Shown in pieces: positions 14,426 through 27,059 of a stretch of DNA of 64,000 nucleotides (the first letter of the stretch is position 1; each line of letters begins with the position of its first letter). The translations under genes and the position numbers were made by a program. Source of the DNA: the human T2T-CHM13v2.0 reference genome, Homo sapiens. A model generated the notes under the pieces. That model had not been told where the DNA came from. It saw only the letters and a list, made by a program, of their open reading frames with translations, and made no database searches. Location of the stretch: NCBI RefSeq assembly GCF_009914755.1, contig NC_060929.1. One strand, given 5' to 3'.

Positions 14426-17400
14426 CTGTTACACCTTCTTAACTTCCCTAGTGCCTTCAAAAATTCCAGATTCTTATCATTTCCTTATGCATTTTTTAAA
14501 TTTTTCTCACACCAGTAAAGAAAATGAAGACCATGCTCCTTTTCTAAACAAAGAATCTTCTCTTAGTTATAAATCATCCCACTCTCTAGTATGTGGCAGA
14601 AATGCAGATGACTTTGGTTTAAATCGCAACATTTTTCCATCCCACTGCATATAGATAGATAGATGAATAAATAGATGGATGGAGTGAGTGACTCAGCAGG
14701 TAGTAAGGTTTTGTCAGTTTGAGATAACAGAGTGTGCATTTATAGAAGGTGAAGATTTTGAACCTAGAATCAAAGAAAAAAACTGAGAAGATTTATCTGC
14801 ATTTGAAGTGTGAATATCAATGAGGGTCATCAGTTGTTCTAAGAGTTTCAGAGCAGACTTTTAAAGTTAAAATACTCCACCTCCATGTCAAGTTCAATGC
14901 AGGAGCAAATTTTATCAGTCTGGTGTCCTTGTAGCATCAAAGGAATATCCCGCCTGTTCCCCCTTGTGGCACCGAGAAACGGGGCACCCTTTGGCTTTGT
15001 AGGGAAGATGAAATGCTGGCCTGATAAATCACCTGCCAATTGAATCGATGTAGATGGTTAATGTAGCTAAGTTGAGAGGGGAGGATCTGAAAGGGAAGAC
15101 GTTGAGAGAAGAGGGATTTGGCAACTACACAAGTAACACTCCTTTACTAAGGCATTCTTTGCTTTCATGAAAAAAAATAAGATACAGCAGTGAGCTCTTT
15201 TAACTGCATTTATTCTTCCTCTCACCTCTTCCTTGAACTACATCCCTGGAGATATTTTTTTCTATAAATTCCAATTTGCATATCTAGTGGGCTTCCTTAA
15301 GATGAAGTAGCTCCTATCCACCACACCAGCTTTCTACGGTCTGTTTTTGAGAATGAATCAAACTACTCTGCTTTGGTGCATCTCTTACTTTACAGTACTA
15401 AACAAAACATGGATTATGCCATCTGAGTAGTTATAATATTCCTGACAAAATTAAAATAAATTAAATAACTTGTTAGAATATAACTCCATTGTAAAAAAAA
15501 ATAGATTTCCAGCCATTTTGACTGAGTGAATGAATGCTTTTTCATTTCAAATATGGCTAATTTTATTTGTTAAAGTTTCTCTGGAGGAGTTGAGTTGCTA
15601 TGTGCAGCTCCAAATTGGCAGCAGTTGAATTAAAACAGAAGTCATTGTATCTGCTATGCAGAAAAGTCAAGGCTCCCTGGACAGCTGGTGAAACTGGAGA
15701 GGCTGTCATCTGATCAATCTGACAAGGATTAACAACCACAATTGTTTGGATTTGCTTTTTCTGTCCCTTGATTACACGGAAACATGAAGTTTAAAAATTC
15801 ATTGTCTTTTCCTGTATGAACTGGTGACAATATTCTATAACTGTGGATAAATGCCAATGTCACCATTTCTAAAACTTATTTTATGTTTGGCATTATAGCT
15901 TTGGGGAACTCTGAAATATTCAAGTACAGAAAAATCCAGGGTATCTTAAGAATGGCTGCAATCTTATAAATGTACAATTGGGAAAGGTTTTAAGGTAGGT
16001 TATGAATTAATCTGTTTTCTCAATGACATAGTTTAATGCCAGTACATAGAGTCTTCTTTGCGATTAAAGCTATACATATTCTGGGAGGAATTCATGAGCC
16101 GTTCCATGTCATGGAAACTCCAAAGGAAGCCAACAGGTGGCCCTACCTTATGATGCCGCCTTGACATCAGCTAATACAACTTCTATGAGGTAATGGTTTG
16201 TGAATTTTTAAGATAATATTGGAAATTAGGTCTAGAAAACTAGAGTGAACAAACTGTTGAGCTTAGTTTTCATCCTCAAATAGCATGAGAGGGAGAAGGC
16301 TATATTTTAGTTTTTGTTCAGACTGAAGATTTTGAAAGACATCATTTTGTGATGTGAATGATTTTTTAAGAGATGTCATTCAAGAAACATTCTTTGAATA
16401 TCTACTACATGCAACAAAATGACATTGATTTTGTAGAAATTAATTAATTAATTCTTATCCTTAACGATCTAGGTGGGAATAGAAACATATATTTAAAAAA
16501 TGAGAAGTACGTCACCTCTGAAATTACCTAAATTATGTAAGCTGAGAAATACTTCTAGACTAGTACTAAGTAGAAGAAACTATAAAGAATGTACCAAAAT
16601 TATCTTTACCTCCAGAACAAATATTAACATTAGGGAAATACGAGAAAAAATGCTCACTGATAAAAGAAACCTACACAATTTGGAAAAACAAAGATGATCT
16701 AGAGAAATATAAACTATAGATTAGGGAAAGCTTTATTGTAGTTAAAATATGATTCCATAGGTTTAAGCCGTTGACAGAAAGTGAAGTAAAGAAACATGAG
16801 TTAACTGATTTATACAATGGTTTCAAAATTTCCAAATCAAAAAGAGGAAAAAAAAATACATATATAGTGGATAGTTACATTATAAAATATTTTCTAGCCA
16901 AATTAAAAAATCCTTAAAGAATCTTATTTACATATGCACTTATAAGTGCTTGTAGTTTATAATGTAAAAGCATGATCTTAAGAAAAATTACATCGTCTAA
17001 AATCTCACAGGCTTTTCTTTATACTATGCTCTTGACTTCTCCAAACTTTATGAAAGGGCCAATGTGTCTGTTGAGAGAATTACTTGTTTCTCATACAGTG
17101 GACTTAAATTGGATTTAATCATCACTTCATATATAACACATCCCTTTCCCCTTCATCCCTCCACCACACACATACTCTAAATTTAATTAAAATAACTGAA
17201 ATGAAACTAGAGATAATTTGTTTTTTAAATAGACTGCCACATGCTCCATTTACATAAAACCCATTAGTTTGCATTAAATACAAATTAGCTGCTGATATGA
17301 ATTAAATCACGTATAAATAGTTGAGAATAGCCGCAGAACCAGGCATTTTAATTAATATAACTGTTAACCAGATTTATTTGTAAGGTAATCAAGACTCTTA

Positions 17401-17814
17401 CTCATTTATTCTTTAGTACAATAGGCCAGGCAACACTGGCTGTCCCAGAACAGGCCATCCTTTCTACATGAATACAAATCCAAGAGGAAGATTGATTAGA
17501 TTCTCAGACTTCAAAGTGTGTAAATGATCAAAGCTTGCCAGTTTAGAAATGATGACACCTTGGATGAAGAAACCTCTCAAATAATTAACTCATATTTATA
17601 CAGTTTACTGATCACCTGAAGTACCCAAATTTTTGTCCTCCTTCCATACTTAGTCATGCTTTAATTTAAAACAAGATAAAGTATGTAATAAGTTTCCTTT
17701 GTTGCTATTCCTATTTTGACTTTTTCTGCATCACTAATAAGTATTTCAAATTTAATAATAACTTTCCAGACCAATTAGAATTTAGAGTTTAGCAAAAGTG
17801 CCTTATCCAGACTC

Positions 17815-18340
17815 TTTTTGTTACAAGTAACTGAACCTCAAAGTGACTTGATACACATAGATTCACATACATACGTGCACAGAAATGAAAACAGACAGGC
17901 TGACTTCAGGCACAGCTGGACCCAAAGCTCTAATTGGATCACCAGAATGACTGTGGCTCTTACCACGTCTAGGACCATTTTCTTCTATAGCTTCTATTCT
18001 TTGGCAGGCCCTGTTGTCATGGTGGAAAAATAGCTTCCCAGCTGTTTCTGGCTAAATACAGTCTCTCCACAAGCCCAATTCTTCCCCAATCATTTCAATG
18101 AACTCTCGTAAAATGAGTTGTATTTGCCTAGATCAATCATGTCTCTGCCTACAGCAATCACTACGGAAAAAAGAACAGAATACTCTGATTGGTATGAGTC
18201 ACATGCTCACCTCAAGCTGGGAAAAGGGCCAGCCCCATATAAATCACAGGAATTAAGAGTATGGGTGAAACATTTTGATAAGATAGAAAGTTTATTGTTT
18301 TCCTAGATAAAGGGTGGAGGAAGGATATTGACATGGCCAA
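17815..18340 (-). mobile_element. MLT1-family LTR remnant
   Basis: GGCTGACTTCAGGCACAGCTGGA.CCA, CTCTGATTGG...GTCACATGCTCACC motifs. Confidence 0.5.
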
Positions 18341-18904
18341 TGCAAAAAAGAAACAGCTATCCATTATGGCGTTGTAATCTTTGCTTTGATGCTAAACTGT
18401 CAGCCTTCTTCAATCACCTCATTTGGGCACTGATTTATCAATCAGTGAAAAAAATCAAAGGTACACAATCAATATTCACCTGCAAAAATCCCTGATGCAA
18501 GCAGCCACAGGACTTGTAAATGGTGGTGGCAGACATTCAGCAAATAATGTACCAAGTTATGAAAAGCCTTCGTCAGCCTTAAATCATGCTGTTGGACGTA
18601 CAGTGTTAAAATATGAATGCCACATCATGTGTGCGTTCTGACGGAAGGTTAGAGAGGATTAATGAGACAGGTTTAATTGACTGTAACTAAAAATCCTGGG
18701 CATTTGTAAAAGAAAAATATCACTTAAGTCATAATATTAAAAATTTGACATAAAAAAGCAGCATCTCATTTTAGCTGATGAACTTAGGGAATTGCTTATA
18801 TTTTCTGCCCATTTCAATAACAATATTTCATTCCTTTGTATCCTACTTTTCAGTCTAAAATTTTACATAATGCATGACAAATATTGAGACACAAAAGAAC
18901 TGGC

Positions 18905-19335
18905 ATTGTTAACCCTTTACGTGCCAGGAATCCCTCTGGTGATTCGATGATGCCTATGTACACCATAGGACCCTTCTAATAATATTTTAAATTCAAAAGA
19001 AAATAAATTTCATAAAATACAAAGAAAACCAATTATACTGAAATGAAATTATTTAAAAAGGGTGAAATTGTAATATATTAATATATATGCTTCTGCAGTA
19101 ACACATTAAAGGAAAAGCAATATCACTGGAGCATTTTAGCTGATATTTTGAGATTCTATAACGCTAATATGATATGAAAATATCTAATATTTCAATCGGG
19201 TAAAATGTCACAAGAACTACTAATACTAATGTGGTTTGTGGCCTATATTCACAATTGAAGGAAATGTAAATTTCAGTTCAAGGTTATTGAAAATAAAGAT
19301 GTAAATTTTCCCATCCTTATACATGGACTTCTGCC
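18905..19335. mobile_element. hAT-Charlie DNA transposon fossil (MER119-like)
   Basis: ACTACTAATACTAATGTGGTTTGTGGCCTATATTCACAATTGAAGGAAATG...GAAAATAAAGATGTAA pattern; exact family uncertain. Confidence 0.45.
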
Positions 19336-20503
19336 AAAGGACATTTGGTCATGACTTGAGGGGGGAAAAAAAAAACCCTGCAAATCACTGTAATAAGGCA
19401 TGCTATCCATCAGTTTTTGGACCTTATTGCAATTTTCTTATTCATCTCTAGTTGATTTCCTGCCATATTTTCACAGGAGCAATTCCAAACTTTATTACCC
19501 ATTTCTATCCTAGTTTTTTCTCTGTATGGCTAACTTTGCCTCCTACATTACTTAAAGAATGAAAGCAACCTGTCATTCGTTTCCTTCATTTACACCCTAA
19601 AAAGGTTTTGAATATTCTTCATTTCACCATTTTTCTTAGTCTTACAGATTGCCAGAAACTTATGCCTGCCAGTTATTTGGCACTTAATGAGAAAAACCAA
19701 GACACATAAAGAAAAGAAGAAACATTACAGCAGCCCCGTAGCTAGGCCTCCCCAAAAAAAGAAAGATGCTATTAAGGATGAAATAGGAGTTCTTGCTTGA
19801 AATCCTGGTCCTGAGTATGCAGGGATCTCACATTCTCTCACGGAAGGTAATGAGCATGGTGCCTGGATATGGAACTGTGACAATTCATTTATCTAAAGAC
19901 AGAAGATGAGAAATGCGGCATAATCCAACCTTGTTGGACACCACGCAGGATAAAAAGCAGAAACACATTTGGGTGGTATACAGTAGGATCCCATGAAGTA
20001 GATCAGCTTCAACCTCCCAACATCCTGCTTCTCTGAGGTTATACCACCATATGGCACAGAATATTCCAGGAGTATTTCTTCCTGCCTGATGTTGTCTATG
20101 GGGAATGGTGTTCTCATCACCAAGAAGTTTATTTTTCTCTCTCTTTTTTCCCCCAAGAATATTGATTTCATCATCACAGAGAATGGTTTTGTTTTATACC
20201 CATTTTTGCTGAGATATATGTACTCCCCAAGTAAAAAAGCCTAGGGAACTTTACATGGAAAAAGAATAGAATGAGATTATCCCATGTTCAGAATTATGAT
20301 TACCACATGACCACTTGGGTCCTTTGTTACTTCAGTTTTCTGGTTCTAAAGACAGGGGCACTTAAGAAATTCTGATAATTTCTCAAAATTCTTGCCAAAG
20401 ATTACTTCTATAAATAAAAATTTTGCTGAGGGTTATCAATCATAAAAAAAGTTGAGCCCATTTTCCCATGTGATTTAACTGCTATTAAAAGATTCGTTTT
20501 TCA

Positions 20504-21049
20504 CTAGAAATGCCATTTGACCCAGCAATCCCATTACTGAGCATATACCCAAAGGATTATAAATCATTTTATGATAAAGACACATGCACACGTATGTTTA
20601 TTGCAGCACTATTCACAATAGCAAATACTTGGAACCAACTCAAATGTCCATCAATGATAGACTGGATTAAGAGAATGTGACACATATACACTATGGAATA
20701 CTATGCAGCCATAAAAAATGATGCGTTCATGTCTTTTGCAGGGACATGGATGCAGCTGGAAACCATCATTCTCAGCAAACTATCACAAGATCAGAAAAGC
20801 AAACACAGCATGTTCTCACTCATAAGTGGGAGTTGAACAATGAGAACACATGTACACGGGGAGGGGAACATCACACACTGGGTCCTGTCAGGGGTGGGGA
20901 GCTACGGGAGGGATAACATTAGGAGAAATACCTAATGTAGGTGACAGGTTGATGGGTGCAGCAAACCACCATGGCACATGTATACCTATGTAACAAAACT
21001 GCACGATCTGCACATGTAACCCAGAACTTACAGGAAAAAAAAAAAAAAA
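20504..21049 (+). mobile_element. 5'-truncated L1PA (about L1PA7/8) 3' end with poly(A)
   Basis: CCATTTGACCCAGCAATCCCATTACT...CTCATAAGTGGGAGTTGAACAATGAGAAC...A-tail; degenerate TSD (AAAAGATTCGTTTTTC vs AAAAAATCTGTTTTTC). Confidence 0.92.
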
Positions 21050-21669
21050 TCTGTTTTTCTTAAGTGGGCCTGCTATGGGGAAAGTGATATGAGTGTTTCC
21101 TTTCCTTCTATGGAAACACCAAGTATGGTGCTTCTTAATTAAAGGGGTCGCCACCTGCTTAGGGGATGGACGCCTGAAGTTTAGTCCCTTGAGAAGCAGG
21201 CATTCCTTGCTCACTACTCCAGAGATCCACAGTTAAGGTGACTCAGCTATTTTCTATATTTGCTTCTACTGCTCTGGCCTCTACCCAGCAACCTCAATCC
21301 AACTACCTTTTTTTCAGTGTTATGCCTCTTACTTGAGGTGGGAGCTCTACCACCTACCAGATTTTACTGAGTCTGTCTTCTAATCACAAGCACTCCACTG
21401 GCTTGTTCCATCCTTAAAACTTTACTCCTGCCAGCTGTGGCCTCTAACTTTATATCTCACATTCAGACATTCTCAAGGGAGTTGGTGTGTTGGGTCAGTC
21501 AATCACACTTAGTTTAGGGAACGTTTGCTTGTTAGAACTCTAGGGCCAGGATACTCCATACATAATCTTCTAAGATGGCTTTGGAGTCAAATTGCTGATC
21601 CAATCATCAGTGATGAGAGCAATGGGGTGAAGTGACACAAAGCAGAGCACCAGAGCACAGAAAGCAGCA

Positions 21670-21756
21670 GGGATGGTGAAGGAGTGAGACAAGCTCTAGA
21701 TATGTATACTTCTGGGATGGCGAAGGAGTGAGACAAGCTCTAGATACGTATACTTC
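21670..21756. repeat. 44-bp tandem duplication
   Basis: GGGATGG(T/C)GAAGGAGTGAGACAAGCTCTAGATA(T/C)GTATACTTC occurs twice head to tail. Confidence 0.95.
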
Positions 21757-23956
21757 CCTGCTATTTCAGGAGACAAAGTGTGCTACGTCCTCTCCAACGC
21801 TGGCAGATTTCCATACACACATTTAAGGGGTTTATGTCTTCCCAAGCATTGGTTTTCTATTAAAATGAGAAAGGTTCATTTTCCAAATGAGTTTCTTACA
21901 TGGGTCCTTCTAGGGACTCACATCACTGGCTCCGTTATTTCACCTCAGTTATTTCAATATTGATATTGTCCCATCCTGATTTAAGACACTATAGGAGCTT
22001 TGGGAAATAATTAGATTAATTATTAAACTGGTATTTTGTTTTGATTGTTTGTGTTTGTTTTTCATTTCAGAACAGTTACTCTTATCTCTCATTTAAGTTT
22101 TTATTTATTTAAAATCTTTAAACATTTCACTCTGGTGCTATGCTGCTCCGTGTTCAGACCACATGAAATGATACAAACCCATTAGAACCAGAGACTATCT
22201 CTTATTCATCACTTTGATCTCCAGTGTCTAGTATCATGTCAGATACATGGAAAATGCACAATAAATATTCCATGAATGAAAATAAGCCTAAGCAAAATGC
22301 ATTAGGATGGAAACCTGGCAACAAAGCCAAACAAAAATAACTTGTCTGCAATTTGGAATCATCCACCTAAGTAGGATATGTCCACTTAGTTATGTGTTTT
22401 TTTGTTTTATCAGAGATAGACTTGCATATTCAGCTATGCAGATATATCTATGTTTGCATATATTTGAGCCCATATGTCATCAGTCCTTGAACGTACACTT
22501 TTTCCATCTCTACTTTCTATGCAAAGTACACTGGAAATATCTTTGATATAAAACAGAAGCATTCTTTCTTAACCAGCTGAAATAAATTCTACCTGTGGGT
22601 AAGGTAATTTTATTTTTTATATACAAATGAGGAAAATTTAGTCATATGTTTGTGTATGTATATACATATATATGCATATATCAGAAAAGGAAAGAAGGAC
22701 TAAAGAACATGAATATAACATTGACACAGGAAAATAAAGTAGCTTCTCATTTCTGGCTATGTAGTGCCAGAGTAACACATTTTCTACTGTGTGTAAGCAG
22801 AGGTAGCAGGGCACTGTATCAATAAAGAGATAGATGCAGGAAGCAGTACCTAGAAAACTCAATCCCTTCACAGCCAACTGACCTTATGAGTCAGAAGGAA
22901 ATCAGTCCAGTTACACAAAACATTGGCAGAGCATGTAATAATTGAAGTGGCACTAATAGTGAAACACAGCAAATGCTCCAAGTACTTTTAATGTAAAAAA
23001 GAGGTCAAGCTTCCAGATGTTTCCACCGATTCATAAATAATTGACTACTGTTACAGTTACACTGTATTGTAATAAAGTTAATCCATGTGGCTAGTATTAG
23101 TTTGAGTAGTATAAAACAGTTCAATCAATATTTAAGTAAATCATAACATTAGCTCTTATTAGTAGTGTTTATAACATCCTTTTTATACCAATTTATCTTT
23201 CTGGCCAATGTACTATTCAGATAGCAAAGCTTATCAAGTAGTAAAGTTATTAACTAAGTGCAAAATTACAAGACATTTTTTAATCCCAAAGATTGTCTTA
23301 AACACTGTAATTCATGTAGAAAATGTTTATCCTGTCAGCAATACTCATAAAATCCACATGTAATGTTTCTCTTCTTCTCTCCCTAAGGCTCACATTTATT
23401 CACTGTCTTCTCTTTTTTAACCTAGTTGTTCTCCAAAGGTCTCTGGGGACAAGAAGTATTTTTTCAATAAACTACCTGCTGTAGACTTTTTTTATCTTTG
23501 CTCCACTGAACAGTCCTGCCCTAGCATTTATCTGTCACACCTCTGAACACATCCTTCCCCAGTCAAGCCTTAATTAACATTTTGATACTTTCTCCATAAA
23601 GATTCAGTAAAGATTGATAGCTGGTGCCTGGATGGCTATTTTATATTGAGTAGTCAGGAAAACCCACATTAATGTGAAGACATTTAAGCTGATATTTGCA
23701 TGTTTAGACAAAGTCATGCAAGAGTAAGGGGGAAGAAGTAGAGGAAGCTAAAGCAAGAGTATGTTTGGCATGGCCAAGGAGTAGATAGAAAATCAGTGTG
23801 GCTGATGGGCCCTGGGTAAGTGTCATGGAGGAAAACTGGAAGAGGGCATGAGCTAGCCAGTTATGAAAGTCAGGGTAAGGCATTCCAAGTGCACTTTACA
23901 TGTGGTGGGAAAGTATTGTGAATCTTATGCAGAGGAATGACATAATATAATTTGGA

Positions 23957-24257
23957 TTTTTTTTTTTTTTTTGGGAGAGAGAGTTTTGCTCTTGTTGTCC
24001 AGGCTAGAGTGCCATGGCACAATCTTGGCTCACTACAACCTCCGCCTTCTGGGTTCCAGCGATTCTCCTGCCTTGACCTCCAGAGTAGCTGGGATTACGG
24101 GCACCCGCCACCTTGCCCAACTAATTTTTGCATTTTTAGTAAAGATGGGGTTTCGCCATATTGGCCAGGCTGCTCTTGAACTCCTGACCTCAGGTGATCC
24201 ACCCGCCACAGCCTCCCAAAGTGTTGGGATTACAGGTGTAAGCCACTGTACCCAGCC
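23957..24257 (-). mobile_element. Full-length AluS (Sq/Sp-like) inserted in an L2 remnant
   Basis: Poly(T), both Alu arms, ends ...CCCAGCC; TSD TATAATTTG(G/T)ATTTTT at 23946 and 24258; L2-like sequence flanks it (about 23600-24600). Confidence 0.95.
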
Positions 24258-25108
24258 TATAATTTGTATTTTTAAGCGACTATTTTGACTGCTGAGTGGA
24301 GAAAGGATTGATTGAGCAAGAATAGAAGTGAGAATGATTAGGGAGCAGATTACTGTAGAAATTCAGGTCATACACTAAGTTTGCTTGGACCAAAAAGGTA
24401 TGAAAAGAGAGAGAAGTAGATGCACTTAGGATATTTATAGGAGATAGAGTCAGCCAAACTTGGTACTGGAGCAAGAGAAAGAGAGGAACCAAGAATGACA
24501 ATATGCAATATTTACCTTGAGCAACTGAGAAAATGATAATGCACTTTTCCAACACAAGAGAAACAGGTATAGCAGTATAGAGTTCAGAGTTGGAGCTTGG
24601 TTCAGTGCCTAGGTCACAATGTGCCATCTTATATGAGTTGGAACATAGCCAATAATTGGTAGAGAACATAAATTAAAGCAGGCCTACCAATATCATCTAA
24701 TTGAATTAAAGGTCTCTGAAAATTATTTTTCTTATTTGAAAAAAAATGGAGATATTATCAAATTGGTATGACAGTATTATTGGAAAGATTGAATGAGATT
24801 ACAAATATCAAATTATGTTTTAAACTGTAAAACCCTGAGAGTTGATTAAACATAATCCATCTCCTTTCCTGGGGCTTCAGAATAACCCTAGCAGCCCAAA
24901 TATAGGAACTGTGGCTTTCAACAAGCAGCCATGTCTCCTCAGCCATTCTTTTAAATGCAAACAACACAAACAACAAGCTTGCGCTTACTATAGTAATATC
25001 CCCTCATCCTCATTCTCTGCTGATAAACTCCCTTCATTCTTCACTGAAGATATAAACAATTAGAAGAGAATTTCCCTACTTTCTTTCTACCAAATCTACC
25101 AGTGTCTC

Positions 25109-25674
25109 TGCTCCGTTGGTTGGGGTTCTCCAGAGAAACAGAACCAGTGGACATGTGTGTGTGATTTACTGTAAATTGGCTCACATGATGATGAAGGCTG
25201 ACAAGTCCAAGATCTTCAGTCAGCAATCTGGACACCCAGGAGAGCTGATGGTGTAGCTCAAGTCTGAGTCCAAAGGCCTGAAAACCAGGAGAAGTTATGT
25301 CATAGTTCCTTTGTGAAGGCCTACAGGCTAGAGATGCAGGAATAGCCAGTTCCTGTTTAAGTCCAAAGGCAGGAAAAAAATGTCCATCTGAAGACAGTCA
25401 GGCAGAGAGAAATTTCCTCTTACTCATAGTAGGGTCAGCCTTTTTGTTATATTAATGCCTTTTGTTGCATTAATGGATCACCTGAGGTCAGGAATTCAAG
25501 ACTAGATTAAATGGAGTACACACACATCAGGGACAGCAATCTGCTTTCAGTCTACCAGTTCCAATGTTAATTTAATCCAGAAACACCCTCATAGACATAC
25601 CCGGAATAATGAGCAACCAAATGTCTAGGCACCCTGTGGCCTAGTCACGCTGACACATAAACTTAATCATAATA
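25109..25674 (-). mobile_element. MLT2 (ERVL) solo LTR
   Basis: GGGTTCTCCAGAGAAACAGAACCA...ATTGGCTCACATGAT...TGACACATAAACTTAATCAT, reverse complement of the MLT2 termini. Confidence 0.8.
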
Positions 25675-26299
25675 AATTTTCTGTGTCTGTTTCTCATGCC
25701 TTTCTTCCTGTTATCATGAATTTACTGCAAGTACTTCTTTCTAAAACCACACATTCCACAGATGTACCAAGGTTAGCTCTTCTGCAAATAAATAGTAAAT
25801 ATTTTATCAATCGTCCCGCCAAACACATACCCCTGGCTATTTGCCCAGTAACTACATGTACAGGGTTGGTGAGAATAGCCAGAATTTTAAGGACACTGAA
25901 AAACATGATTTGATGACACCAAGATTAGGGGACTTAAAATACTTTTAAGTTCTTCTGACTAAATGTAAGGCTTATGAAGGTCACATCATAAATGTAGTTT
26001 AGAACCAAGTCTATCTAGAATGGCTCCACTTGGTGGCTATTTATAGTGGTTTCACTCTGTGATTATTTGTAATGGTTTCATCCTATGGTTATTTACCTGC
26101 TCCCTTGAGTATATAATCAGAGTAAATATATTTTGTAGTTGACAGAACTCTCACATTGCCCCTCTGATCAGCGGAGTAATGATTATTATGTAGGAAGGGT
26201 CAAGCAGGAGTTTCTGAAACTGCTCACTGCACCCACTTTGCCTTGGCCAAAATAGTAGATCAGAAGCAATAGAACAGCTCAGGCAGAATAGCATCGCAG

Positions 26300-27020
26300 A
26301 GATTAGTGCAACTATCAAACTTATTGGATTCCGTGATAATATTTCCCATCACTCCATTCAAGTCACCTCTCCGGACCTCAGAAAACAGATGGAATATGGC
26401 AAGTGACAGTAAACTAATGAAAACTTCACCAGAGAGTAGTCTCAATCACACCTGCCATGCTAAATGTGTCATCACTAGAGCAGATCCACAGCCTCTATCT
26501 TCTGGTATATGGCAATTGATCTTGTGGCAAATGCTTTCTTCTCTACCCCGAAAAAGAGACAAGAAAAAAACAATTTGCATTCACATGGCAGATATAGAAG
26601 TTCACATTCAATGTATTGCCCCAAAGCTGTTTTATGTCTTGTGCTTTTTTATAGAAATATAGTCATAGGGACAAGATCATCTTGACATTCTACAGCATGT
26701 TAGCTGTCCTATTATATTGATGACATCAAACCAATTCATTCTGACAAGAAGGAAGTGGAAAACACTCTGGATACCCTACTAAAACATTCTGTGTCAGGGA
26801 GACAGAGATAAACCCCAAAAGGGTCTAGGAGCCCACTGCATCAAAGAAGATTTTAGGATCCAGTTGTCTGGAGGCATGTTTGGAAATCCCCTCTAAAGCA
26901 AAAGAGAGGCTATTTCACTTCACCTCCTTATCTACTATTACTCCTACTACTCCCTACTACTAAGAAAGAGATACAAGGCTTGGTGGTCTGCTTTGAATTT
27001 TGAAAATAAAATATACTATA
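26300..27020 (+). pseudogene. ERVL-class pol (RT) remnant
   Basis: From 26710 the frame reads YYIDDIKPIHSDKKEVENTLDTLLKH, similar to ERVL RT (HYIDDIMLIG..EQEVATTLDAL); stops and frameshifts around it. Confidence 0.7.
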
Positions 27021-27059
27021 TTGGAGGGCATGCTGATGCCTTCAATTTAAGGAGCTAAA

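Noticed and set aside
23952-24288. 75-aa and 105-aa ORFs
   Set aside because: Standard antisense Alu translations.
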